Under the pieces are notes generated by a model. That model saw only the letters and a program-made list of their open reading frames with translations. It did not search any database and was not told the DNA's origin. DNA of 56,149 nt, filler included, from Sphacelaria rigidula (Eukaryota), in the NCBI GenBank assembly GCA_964200075.2. It is 5 parts of 5 records of this genome, joined end to end, with 100 filler letters (N's around TTAATTAATTAA, not from the genome) between each part and the next. Parts side by side here need not be neighbours in the genome. Positions count along the whole stretch, not along the records: positions 11,253 to 22,404 come from CAXNAA020005321.1; positions 22,505 to 33,655 come from CAXNAA020005322.1; 3 more parts are not named here. One strand, given 5' to 3'. The first letter of the stretch is position 1, and each line of letters opens with the position of its first letter. The translations under genes and the position numbers were made by a program. Of this stretch, positions 11,711-23,710 are shown piece by piece.

Positions 11711-13225
11711 GGCCCGAATTCCCCACCCTCCTCTATCGTAGCATGATTCCTAGCCCTCCCCCTCTACCGTTGAATGACTACTGAGGTGCTTTGATTTGTT
11801 TTGTGTACGCTGTCTTACGGGTGATGGCACTGACTTTGATAGGGTCTCTTGCGCAGTACAATAATGTCGCCGACATCCACCGCTGGATTATGACTTTCAA
11901 TAGATTTTTTTTCCATCTTGAGTACAATCACTTGGGTTCAGTGTGGAATTAAACTACTCTGCTCCAATACAATTGCGATGTTAAGCTAATGTAGCTCCGC
12001 TTCTTTCGTGAATAACTACTCGGTTTCAGGGTTGTCAAAAACTACTTAATTTTAGAGTATGGTTGATAAACTACTCGGTATCACGACGTGGTCGTATATC
12101 TACTTATTACTGTAGTTTTGTATCATTATCATCCACAATGCTAGGTGATAGGATGAGGTGAACTATCTACTTAGAACAGCATGCCCCCTCCTCGCCCCTT
12201 TTCCCTCCTCCCTCGGCTGTTGCCATTTCGAACTTTTATTGGACCCAACAGCGGAATCGGCATCTAGACTACGTGTTATCTAGGGGCCGCAGTCTCATGA
12301 CGATGTCGACAACTGATGTACCAGTCTCCGCGGTAAGCATGGCGATCGCTCAACACGATGCTTTGCGCTAAACTGACGCCATGGACTGCTTCCACGTGGG
12401 GCACTTTCCACGATAGCCCCCCCCCCAAAAGTGGCTGGTTTAGGGAGGAAAAATCTGCATGTAAAATCGGAATGGAAAAAGCCGAGCACAACGAGCAGCT
12501 GGGAATCCCCACGCTTGGGTTCGTTCTCGCCAATGTCGCCCCTTTGAGGCGCTTCATGCAGCCTAAACCCAAACATCAGGCGCTGTGTGAACATTTTTTT
12601 CGTGACAGTTTGGGGCTGGTTTCGGGGAGGGGGCTATCGTAGAAAGTGTCGTGGACTTGTCGGTACTCTTACATTCATTCCCGACAGAGCTGACTCGCGT
12701 CACGTCGTTGATATGTACTAACTTTACACACAATAAATAAATGTTGGCTTCACAGACCTTCCACTACTACCCGATATATAGGCTATTAAAACAGGATCTT
12801 ACAGATTGGGGATGGATCTTTCATTGGCGATGAGAAACCCGGATAATTGGAATCTTCGTATCCACACCAAATCTTCGAAATATGGTTATACTTTTTCACT
12901 TACTGATAGCTACTGACAACTGCTACACGCCATAGAATTAACAGCCTGGACTCGTTATTGACGTTCAACATTTTTATGAGGTTCAATTGACCATCGAAAT
13001 TCCATTTATTTTGTTCAAAATGCTCTAGAAGAGTCGCTACCGGCTGCGACCATGTGCCCCTAACCGAGAAGTTTCAGCGCGGCAGCGAAAGCATGGTGAT
13101 GAGCAGTCCAACAAAAAACCCGCCGTCACTCATTGTCCTGCATCTGTTGAGCAACCCCCGGGTCTACGCAACACGTAACNNNNNNNNNNCCTCTTGTTGA
13201 GTATCTGAGAGAGACTTCATACTGT

Positions 13226-13610
13226 TGTAATGCCTGAGAGGACCGCGTGCTTAGAGGACCGCATCGGAATTTGAACACCCCTATGGTTAGGGTTAGTGTT
13301 TGAGTTAGGGTCAGGGGCGTGGTACCTGCAGGGACTGACCCAATTGGTTTTGAAAAGGGTCTTGCTATTTACGTCAACGTTGACGTAATCTGTTACATCC
13401 GCCAACATTCAGCATCCGTCCCACAAGCCCCGCATGGACACAGACACACATGGAAAACACTCACTCACACAGTCTCCAGCTATCGTTCAAGCCATCGCAC
13501 GGAGCAAACGGACTCGTAACGAATGAGATATATGCATGATGCATGGTGGCATGCCACAAGAATGCTGTACGGCGCGGTCCTTTAAGCACGCGGTCCTCTC
13601 ACGCATTACA
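13226..13610. mobile_element. Non-autonomous TIR element (Ginger-like termini) carrying telomere-like repeats
   Basis: ~37-bp TIR TGTAATGCCTGAGAGGACCGCGTGCTTAGAGGACCGC / GCGGTCCTTTAAGCACGCGGTCCTCTCACGCATTACA. A 4-bp CTGT lies on both sides. Internal GGTTAGGGTTAG..TTAGGGTCAGGG. Confidence 0.8.
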
Positions 13611-14650
13611 CTGTTGCGCCGGCGACGACCGCCGTCTGCGAAACGATCCAATGCGGGGGACAGACGCCTGCGATCTTTGAAACGCAGCATCACTCAGCAG
13701 TCTGCTGAGATATACCATCACCACAGTACAGCATCACTACAGTACAGTCGATAAAATTGATGCCCCAAAATAAAGCTGCAGACACACACGACGGGAGTAA
13801 GGGTTAGTAGATCCTACGCTTGGGGTTGTTTCGCCAGTAGTGCCCATGCGAGACGCTTCACCCAGTCTGAACCAGCTACCACGCCTTGTATGACCACCTC
13901 CGCCGTGGCTGTATTGAGAACGGGTTTCTTCGCGGTGAGGCTGTCGAACGCTACTACTCCAGTGCAACGCGCTTGCGACATCCAAGCCCCTATATACTTT
14001 TCTACATGTTCCATCCCGAGCGATGTTCCCCAAATACCCCCACAGTGGTCAGAAATCCTACCTGAGGGGGCGGGCGCCATTGCTTTCCGCCCCTGGATCA
14101 GACCCCGGTTGGGACCGTCAGGAGGGATATCCAAACCACGGCTGATGCGGGTTCTAAATTAAAAGAAGCGGCTTGGATGTCGCAAGCGCGTTGCACTGGA
14201 GTAGTAGCGTTCGACAGCCTCACCGCGAAGAAACCCGTTCTCAATACAGCCACGGCGGAGGTGGTCGTACAAGGCGTGGTAGCTGGATCAGACTGGGTGA
14301 AGCGCCTCGCATGGGCACTACTGGCGAAACAACCCCAAGCGTAGGACCTAACCCTTACTCCCGTCGTGTGTGTCTGCAGCTTTATTTTGGGGCATCAATT
14401 TTATCGACTGTTACGTGTTGCGTAGACCCGGCGGTTGCTCAATAGATGCAGGACAATGAGTGACGGCGGGTTTTTTGTTGGACTGCTCATCACCATGCTT
14501 TCGCTGCCGCGCTGAAACTTCTCGGTTAGGGGCACATGGTCGCAACCGGTAGCGACTCTAGAGCATTTTGAACAAAATAAATGGAATTTCGATGGTCAGT
14601 TGAACCTCATGAAAATGTTGAACGTCAATAACGATTCCAGGCTGTTAATT

Positions 14651-14793
14651 TTGGATTTCGATAAAACCGAAATGTCGCGATGCTAGGTGAAAAACCAATT
14701 TCGGAACAATTTTGGCGCTCGTTTGGAGACCCAGGATTCCCCAAAATTGGTTTTTCACCTAGGACCCCAACATTTTGGCCATCGAGATCCAAA
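14651..14793. mobile_element. Small palindromic MITE in the right arm of the foldback
   Basis: Ends TTGGATTTCGAT / ATCGAGATCCAA with inner pair CTAGGTGAAAAACCAATTT / AAATTGGTTTTTCACCTAG. Absent from the left arm (empty site at ~12930-12944). Confidence 0.8.
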
Positions 14794-15681
14794 TTTGTAT
14801 GGCGTGTAGTAGTTGTCAAAAGCTATCAGTACTACTGTAGGTGAAGAAATGGAACTCATATTTATTTCGAAGATTTGGTGTGAATACGAAGATTTGAATT
14901 CTCCGGGTTTCTCATCCCCAATAAAATATCTATCCCCAATTTTTAAGATCCCGTGTTTGTTCTTCATGTGTAACGTGTGTCCACGTCACGTACTTCATTT
15001 CACCTATCTATATTCAAAGGAAGTGAGGATGGGATTCGTCCGCAATACTATCACTATTCTTTTGCTTGTCTGCAACCTGGCTACAACAGGTTCTGTCCAA
15101 ATGCGTCTGAAGTATACAGGGAGTGCAACATTGGTTGCATTGACATGGAGTATGACCCAATCCCTCAACGGGCACCCGTCGTTTGGGTGAGGCCTGCCAT
15201 GCGACTCGAGTCCACCAGATTGCACAAGAGACAAGGCCGAATCTTTCCCACTTCGGGTCTGAGAAATTGTTGCCTCAAAATGGTATGTGTAATTCTCGGA
15301 ACCGTTTCTTGAGTGCTGGACTTTGGATCCATCGTTAATGCTCACAAATATCCTCCGCTGGTGCTTCTCCCTAAACAGCGGGCAAAAAGCGAGCACACCC
15401 TTGTCGGTTAAAATAGGTCTAATCCAACCTCCGGACGGCGAAATTTGTGCGCGCGTATTATATCGCCGTATATTGGCGTCTTTTCACGACAAATCACGAA
15501 AACGTCGATGAAACCGTCATCGCTATGGGACCGTCGCCGGACGGACCGTCGCCGGACGGTTACGCCGACGAAATCATCACATCAACTCTCAAGCTATCAT
15601 TCTTCCTAATGTATGCCGTTCGTGCTCTTGCGGTTGACGCCTCCAAGCTAATTAGAGTGGTACACTGGTGGGATCCAGTGT

Positions 15682-18600
15682 ATGATGATGGGCTCCGGCC
15701 GCCCAAGCAGCGCTCCTCGTCGCACTGGGACCGTGGCCGTCTTGAGAACGTCGAGATCTCAACCTGCCATCGCGTCGTCGAGGTCACGAGCAAACGGACG
15801 CCCGGCCTCGGTCGGCGGTGGCGGCAGCAGCAGTGGCGGCGGCGGTGGCGCAACAAAGCTAGGACCGGCGATAAAAAGTGAGCGTGACGAGGCCAGCGGG
15901 GGTAATAGCAGAGGGGGGGGGGCTGGGAAGGTGATCAACTGGTTTCGGCTTCCGGCGACGGGGGGCTGGGTGCCCACTGCACGAGCGGTGAGAGAACGCG
16001 AAGCCGGATTTGTGTGCCCAACATGAATACTTGGAGAATGAGAATATGAGTGGCCCAATGCGCGGTACACTGCGATACTGTACTATACTGTTCTGTATGG
16101 CCGATCTATGCTGTGCTGTCTTGTGTGATGGCAGTGAGCGAGCCCTTCCATGCTCGTGGCCGTGTGTCCGTATGATTTCACCTTTTGACTGCCATGCTTT
16201 CTATTCCGAGATTATATATTATTTTTAACCAACGGTTCAACCCTGCAAGTCAGACCCGCGGTCGGAACACAGGAGATTCTCGGGCGACCACGAGTAGAAA
16301 ATACCATTCCTCCGGTGGGCGGTTTATCACTGCCGTGGTGAGGAGTACATGGCACTCGCCCACGCTGAGAAAGAGGCGTCTCTAGAGTCATAGTTCGATA
16401 GGGGCGGGTGTTTTCGACGAAAAACAGGGACTCACAGGTGGTGTGCTATACGACCCAATTACTCGCGGTGCGTTTGTGTTTTGGTTAAAGCGGTGTCAAG
16501 TGGTATGAATAAGTGTGTCTTATTGGTAACAAGCGCGTTCGAACTCAAGTTGCTGTTTTCAACGACGATTTGAGGTAGGTGGAGTTTCATGGAAGAAATC
16601 CTCTAACATTCCTTCCCCCCCTCATCCACCTTGGACGCTGCGAAAAATCTGAAACTGCGACTTCGGTTGGGGGATCTGGACCTGCCAGAAAGAAGAAGGA
16701 CGTATACCAGTCGTCGGAAGGAAGAGGGGGGTAGATGCACAGAATTGCCCCTGTGGCAAAGCAATAGAGAGCAAAACTCATATAGTGGCAGAATGTGAAC
16801 TATGCTAGAAGGAACGGAACGTGCTAGCGGGGGAAATGCGGGACGTGAACGAAGATGGCATGGAATCGTTTGATGCATTAAGCAGTAGGGAGAAAACGAT
16901 GGCCATACTAGGAGATGGACGGTGGCCATAGACGGCGAAACAGGACGGGGGACGAGGATAAGATATGTAAAAGGTCTTTGTGTAATGTATGGAAGACACG
17001 TAATGCGCGTTGAGATGTTGAAGGTGTCTTCAATAGGAGTTGGAACGGTGTCTCCGTCTCGAAAGGAATGCGTGGTCAATCGTCACTCGACTAAGGCAAG
17101 CAACAGAGGAGTACGCCCCCCCCCCCCTCCTGTTGAGGTTTGGCGTCGGTTGACAATGATGCTGTAAAGCACGAGACTCGCTGCGTGAGCTTAACAACCA
17201 GGTTATCGGGGTTCTCGGGTCGAACGATCTTAGCAGAATGCAGCTCACCCTTCATGCGACTCACCGGACACATGACGGCGCTTCGCGCTTGGTGATATGT
17301 GAGCCCGGTCCGGCGAAAATTCGACGTGCTCCGTCTCGGCTTTGTAGGGATGCGAGGTCCTTGGTCACATGGCAACCGCATTTAAGATCATGAATACCCC
17401 CTCCGCCCCCACCCCACCCCGATCGTAGCATCGTCCATCACCATAAAACAACCGGATGGTGGGGAAAAAAGTCCGAGCAACAGTATACCTGAAAAGCGAA
17501 AAGGAATCGCCACAAGGAGTAAGAAAGTAATTATCCACTGGCACAAATATATGATCGACAGACGTAGATGCACCCCCGGCACGAGAAGGAGCAAGATCTT
17601 GTCGAAAAAACAACTACACCACGTCAAAAAAAGACGCGGCAATCTCGCGACTTTTCAGATAACGTTTTTGCACGTGTAGGTTGACACTAATTAACAGGAC
17701 ATGAGCCCTCGGCGGAAGTGTCGCAAAAATGATGTAGCCAATAGGCGTGCTGTAGCCTTTTTTTGTAGCGGTTAGATTAGGTTCTTTTTTGTGTCCGTGC
17801 ATGATACTTCTGCATGCTCCGACATCTTCGTACACAAATGATCACACACAGCCTGTACTTTGGGCTCCTGCCATACGCTTTGACTGGCGAGAGCATCGCT
17901 ATTTCTTTGCTGTACTGATGGCACTCTTCCTACAGGGATTTGGGCTTTTCTACTCCATTTGTTGTATTGTCAAAAATCCATGGGAGGCATGTGGAGATAT
18001 TTTTGCCTTGTTAGACCACTGTGCCATAGCCCACATCCTCACGATGCAGATTTCTTCATGCATAGCAACTGTTGGAGTCAGCTCTCTTATGTAACGTCCA
18101 ATCAAACTTACTGAAGCGGCACAAGCGTGTCGATACGGCATGTAAGAGAGCTGACTCCAATCATCGCTATGTATGGACCGTTGAGACTTCAAAGTTGTGG
18201 GCTATGACAAGAGGCAATGGAAACACAAAAACAACACCACATGGTCGAATGGGTTCATTTTTGCAACAAAAGAAATTCGAGAAGAAATAATCAGAATCCT
18301 TAATACCTGAGGTAGCTATAATATGCTGCTGGCCGCGTCTAATGCACGAATAACTCTGACGCGTAGTATGTGCCTGGCAGCCACTCCGTAGACTTTCCAT
18401 TTACCATGCAGTGCAATAAATAACGATCCCCGAGCCCCCAAGAGAGCCTGATCGTTCAGCATCCCACTATGGATCGGGGCATTCAAGGGAATGATGCACT
18501 TCCCAGAAGGTACAACTCGTTCGGCTTAGTACCAGCCCTCCACGATCGGTTATAATCAACAGAGGGGTGGCACATAGACAGACCCAGGCGGGACTTGCAC

Positions 18601-21600
18601 GCTTGGAGAACAACGTTCCGAAATGGTTACCGTGACAAGTATATTGCGCGTCCATAGAGAGGAAAATGTTGCGAATTAAGCACCACGTCATGCTTGCTTG
18701 ATGGTCGTGTCGAGGATCAAGTTTTTACATAGTAGTGTGTGACCTGAGTGGATATTCCCTATCCGTCCGAATATTGAGCGATGTCTGTGCGTCGGCAGCT
18801 AATGTGCCCTCACGTTCGTCAGGGATTGGTCTTTTTGTCACTGGATCAAGCGCTGTAAGCCGGAGCTATGTGGAGGGAGTTTATTTTTGCGCCGCACGGG
18901 AGCTGTTACTAATGGGTTTCGCTGGACAAGTGGCACACCCGATCTCGTGCCGGGTAGATCTTGAGCACTTTGGCCACACACTACCCAGAATATGATCGGA
19001 TCCACCACCACATAAGATTGCAAGTACACCCCCCTGAAGTGTGCCTACCGTATTCATGAACAAGGGCTTTATACGGCAGATGGATCATTAGAGTGGTACG
19101 AAATACGGGGTGTGTTGCAGCACGCACAGAGTGCATAACCTCTACGACAATGCACACTTATGTACGAGTCGTATCCCTGTTTGCGCTCGTTCGCCGGTGC
19201 TATACTCTGTCCGAATCGGGCGCCGCTGGCTTGGTTCAGGGGCACACGGCAGTGACTGTCGGCACGGACATGGTGATGTTCGGCGGCATCGTCAACGGTC
19301 ATAGAACCGCCGAGGTGTGCACTCGGCGAGCCGCACTACTGAACACGTGATACTTCTACCTACTACTGCATGCTCACTCGCATTGACCTACTAACGTGTG
19401 ATCATGTGGAAGAAGATGAGCCTCTTGAGCAGGATGAGACGGCTTCCCGCAATTTCCACCTGAATAGAAATCGAATCGCAAAGGCCGCACAATATTCCAT
19501 GTAGACGTCCGCTCTCGCCGTTCGAATGCTGGTTGTTTTCACGGAAGCCGGGCACCACTCATCGAGATATACGCGTTCCCGTACGAATTTCACAACCAGT
19601 GACTGCTTACCACTTGTCTGCATTTTGTGCAAGATGATGCGTATATCTTGGCGACGAATAGTCTGTTGCCGATACAACCATTATCACTCGATTTCTAACG
19701 GCTGACGCTTGCGCCGAGAGTTTGATCGTCATTCGATTATCACTGAGGTGGGAAGGGCGGCTCTTTCATCCTGCTTACAAGACTCATCCTCTTCTGATAG
19801 GGCCGCGCATGTTCTCTATGCTGACGAATCCGCATGTTTCGCTCGGCGTGCTCAGTTCTCGACTAGTTGTACCCTCCTGGTTGCGAGAGGGCAGTCGCTT
19901 GGCGTACAGTAGTATCTGGTCGTCCTTAGCTGTTGTCGTGCAAGCTTTGCTCGTTCAACAACCCTAGGGACGCATCTCTCTTCCCATAGCAGAACATCTC
20001 CGAGTTGCTGTAGATGCTCTTGTGCAGCAGATTGCCATGAGTTTAACCACTACTGTGATGGTTTTGGGGTTCAATGAATACGGGATGCACTCCGTGATTG
20101 CCACGTCTCGCTGGATCGACCGAACCCCCAGCTAGCCACACCGCCCGTACAGCACCCAAAAATACAAAGAGGATATTTGCGTCCACAGGTTGCGAGATTC
20201 GACCTGACAATGCGAGCATGGCACCGCCTGACTTGCCACGGTCCTCATAACTCGTCGAACAACATACGAGGAGGCGAGCGAGCTCTGACACCAGTGACTC
20301 CTACACCTCGGGCCTTCCATGTGTCTTGGGAATTCGACGCCGATCTCTACGTACACGGCGGAGAAGGCTCTATGGGAGTACAAAACATTGACAATGGTGG
20401 TGTTGGAGGCTGTGGTGCGAACATCAATGCGGAGTTGGAAGGCTTGTTGGAAGGCGTCGGTCGTGACCCGTTTGCAGAGGAAGATGGGGGCGTGCCGCTC
20501 GAGCGAGGGAGGGTAGTGGTCGGTGGAGGAGGTTTGTCTGGCCACCGTGGTGGTGCGCGCGGCGACAAGGGAATATCGCACGCGTCGCAGCGACAAGAGA
20601 GGGACAATGTCGCAGTGACTATACTAGAAGACGTGTGGAAGCTTGATGTGCGCACTCACCAATGGGAGAGGGTAAGTGGCACAACAGGACGGCGGGGGGC
20701 ATTCCGTCACGGAAAGAAAGCCCCCGAGGTGATAAATACCATTCAAACCTGAGAATTTGTGAGTATTCGGCAAAAAACAACCCGTTTGAATGCACATTTA
20801 CATTCGCCCGTTCGCTAATCTCCGCACCCAAAACCTTTAGTTGTCCTCCCGACTGGCGCCGTTGGGACGCAAGGGCCACGTCGCCGCGGTGGCACCACTC
20901 CGCGAGCAACCGCACGTGTTCATTTTTGGCGGTGTACCACGGGGGCGGTTAGGACTGAGCAACGCTCTCTATTCCGTCGATTTGTCGAGGCTCTCGATCG
21001 GAGAAGGCACGTGGAAGCGACATAGGCCGGGGGGTGTGATGCCTTTGGCGAGACAAGGTCACAGCTTCACCGTCGTGGGAGGAGGCAAGCGATTGGTGCT
21101 TTATGGGGGGGTGGGAGAGAGCGGAGAGCTACTTAACGATGTTCAGGTATTTTACTTGCATAGAGGTGCGCGCTTGGTTCGTGTCTTTTCGATCGTAGTT
21201 CAATCACTAAACTTCAGGCCCGCACATGCTGGAGCAACTACATCACTCGTCCGCGGTAATTGAAAGTGGCGTAGGTCGAGAAAATATGCTGCTGCCGAAG
21301 CTCCCCACGATTTATGAGCTGTCAGACCAAATGGGCACTTCTACATGTCCTGGTTCTCCCTCTTTTCTTTTCGGAACACTTTCAACTCCTCCCCTTCATG
21401 GGAACGAGTACGTGGTATCGAGGCATCAACTCATCCCTCCCGGTACAAGCCTTGCGGATTACATCAGCACTACCGCACCGCGCCGACCGTCGTTAAATAA
21501 ACTCTTTATGTTACCCGCGTTTCCACATTTCTCAACGACGGAAATCAAATACCTTCAAGAACAAACCAAATACATCTGCTGGCAATCAAATCCGCACTTT

Positions 21601-22048
21601 TCGGACCTGATGGCGTAAGTTGGGCCACTATAGCACCGAGGCGCGGCGGCAAGCTTGAAGGGGTGAATGCGAGAGCTGTATCTCAGGGGAGCACACATTA
21701 TTGGGTGATGACAGCCCATTTTGCCTCGTTGCCTATCATTCCCTGAGTCTCGAATGCCGGTCACAACGGGACCGTCGCCTCCTGCTGTATTGTGTTATTT
21801 GCTTCCAGATTCTTGACATTGACGGCGGCCAACTCTCGTGGGCGCAAGTGCAAACTCCTGTCGGGGATGTGCCCATGGCTAGGCAAGGTCACTCTGCTTG
21901 TGAAGTTCCAGCTAGTGCTTGCTACGCCGCAGGCATTTCCAGTGGCCTGGGATGCGTCCTAATATTCGGGGGTGAGGGACGAACAGATGCGGGCCCGGAG
22001 GAAGTTCGGCGTACAGATTCGCACCAGCTCTCCCTCTACGATCCACAG
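15682..22048 (+). CDS. Kelch-repeat (beta-propeller) protein, 5 exons, 3' end cut off by the scaffold end
   Basis: Exons 15682-15987, 19240-19314, 20189-20671, 20841-21146 and 21809-22048. All introns are GT-AG and phase 0, and the frame stays open. Kelch motifs: PTARA|GHTAV..MVMFGG, PTPRAFHVSW..LYVHGG, PLGRKGHVAA..VFIFGG, PLARQGHSFT..LVLYGG, PMARQGHSAC..VLIFGG. The start codon is tentative. Confidence 0.9.
16630..17130 (+). mobile_element. 5'-truncated LINE fragment (ORF2 C-terminus with zinc knuckle) in kelch intron 1
   Basis: Reads LKLRLRLGDLDLPERRR..CPCGKAIESKTHIVAECEL*KER..LCNVWKTRN with stops and ends in a C-run. Confidence 0.75.
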
Positions 22049-22404
22049 GTAGTTCTCACGTCCACAGGTGTCTGACTGCCTTCTTCGTAGGGACTCCATG
22101 GTCGGATGTCGTCTTACTCGATTTCCCGCGTTCTCTCAACAGTAGTTTGCCGTAGAGTGCCGGCCGTGGTCTCCCGCCACGTACACGTAACAATATCCAT
22201 CACGGCGTACATTCCCCCGCTCTTCTTACCATCGTACATTTACCGAATGACACCATTTTTCTAGCAACCAGCATCACTCCGTCCCTCCCCTCCCCCCGGC
22301 GCCCGATGGACATGGACGAGGCAATGTAAAGGAAATATAGAACGCTCCGTTCTTGACTATATAGTGGTGGAGCGTGGAAATAGTGGAGACATGGAAGTAC
22401 ATGT

Positions 22405-22504
22405 NNNNNNNNNNNNNNNNNNNNNNNNNNNNNNNNNNNNNNNNNNNNTTAATTAATTAANNNNNNNNNNNNNNNNNNNNNNNNNNNNNNNNNNNNNNNN
22501 NNNN
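22405..22504. other. Artificial scaffold linker
   Basis: Identical 100-bp N/TTAATTAATTAA/N cassette. Confidence 0.97.
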
Positions 22505-22611
22505 CCCGCACCGCCTCAACTCACGTCACACAAACCCAGTCGACTACTTTGTTTACTCACGTTCTCACGCTTTCCACGGTGGAAATCATACATTACTACG
22601 AAGAAAAGAAC

Positions 22612-22684
22612 TCAACACATCGGGAATCGAACCCCCGATCTCTCCACCCTGACATCAACAGTTGGATCATTACACCACCGGGGC
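22612..22684 (-). repeat. tRNA-derived (SINE-like or pseudo-tRNA) sequence
   Basis: The minus strand has A-box-like TGGTGTAATG and B-box GGTTCGATTCC at tRNA-like spacing, but no intact cloverleaf. Confidence 0.55.
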
Positions 22685-22733
22685 GCGGCGGCATGCAGTG
22701 GGTATATAATGGTATTAATTGTGAATATATCAC

Positions 22734-23710
22734 ACCCTGGACAAAACAATATGTAATATATATTGCCCGCTCAATATGGCGACGCGTCTGGTGGTCAATA
22801 CACATTGGGCGAGCAATATGATGGCACGAGAGCGGGTAGATATATATATATATATATATATATATTGTGCCACCAATATGTTAAGGCTCGCAGCATGCAA
22901 TATTTATCGACCGAACAATACACCACGATACGCGCTGCCTCAATATACATTGGTTGAGTAATATGTTGGTGCGAGACGGCACCCAATATATATTTGTCGA
23001 GTAGTATACTAGCTGCCACACGAGGTCAATATATATACTGATAATTCAATATACTCAACACCCGAAGCTTCAATATATATATATATATATATATATTGCC
23101 GCCCCAATATGTCGTGCGTCAATGCGTCCAATATATATTGGGCGGACCATACACGAGGGAACCGACGGTCACAATACATATTGGTGTAGCAATATATTTT
23201 GATTTTCAACATATAGATTGGAACGTGTATTGAAATTAGTATGATGGGCAGTTCTATGTTCGCGGGCGCCATTCAAAGATGTGTCACCACATGCCGAAAA
23301 CGCTCAATATATTCCTCCGCAAGCGTGTTCAATATATATTGACTGCACAATAGCTATGCGATGAGCGTGCGCAATATGTATTGGAAAAACAATATTTTTG
23401 CATGGTTTGCGTTCAATATATATTATGGTAACAATATGCTACGCATCGCTTCGACTCAATATATATTGACACTTCAATACATACACGGCCGGCATGCACA
23501 ATATATATTGAATGTTTTATTCCCGGGGAAAATGCATGTCCAATATATATTGTCATACATTACTTCATGATCATGACACGAGCAATACATGTTGTTGACT
23601 GAATGTCTCCGAGGACATCTCAACACAATATATATTGAAAGGACAATATTTGCGCTGGCTCCAATACAAAGTATTGGTATCATATTGGAACATATTGTAT
23701 TGTCCAGGGT
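22734..23710. mobile_element. MITE with ACCCTGGACA TIRs, filled with CAATATATATTG-type palindromic motifs
   Basis: TIR ACCCTGGACAAAACAATATG / CATATTGTATTGTCCAGGGT. A related partial copy spans ~24070-24423. Confidence 0.8.

Larger units (their letters stand above)
12790..14955. repeat. Giant inverted repeat (foldback) with a ~180-bp loop
   Basis: 13746-13989 pairs with 14170-14410 and 12936-13179 pairs with 14410-14650, both nearly identical. 12790-12935 pairs with 14795-14955 and is more diverged. Confidence 0.93.

Noticed and set aside
17131..17369. Possible LTR (TGTTGAGG...GGTCACA followed by TGGCAACC)
   Set aside because: No partner LTR, TSD or internal domain in the window, so support is insufficient.
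17900..19070. Minus-strand coding-looking patches inside kelch intron 1
   Set aside because: They are interrupted by stops, show no recognisable motif and form no consistent splice chain.
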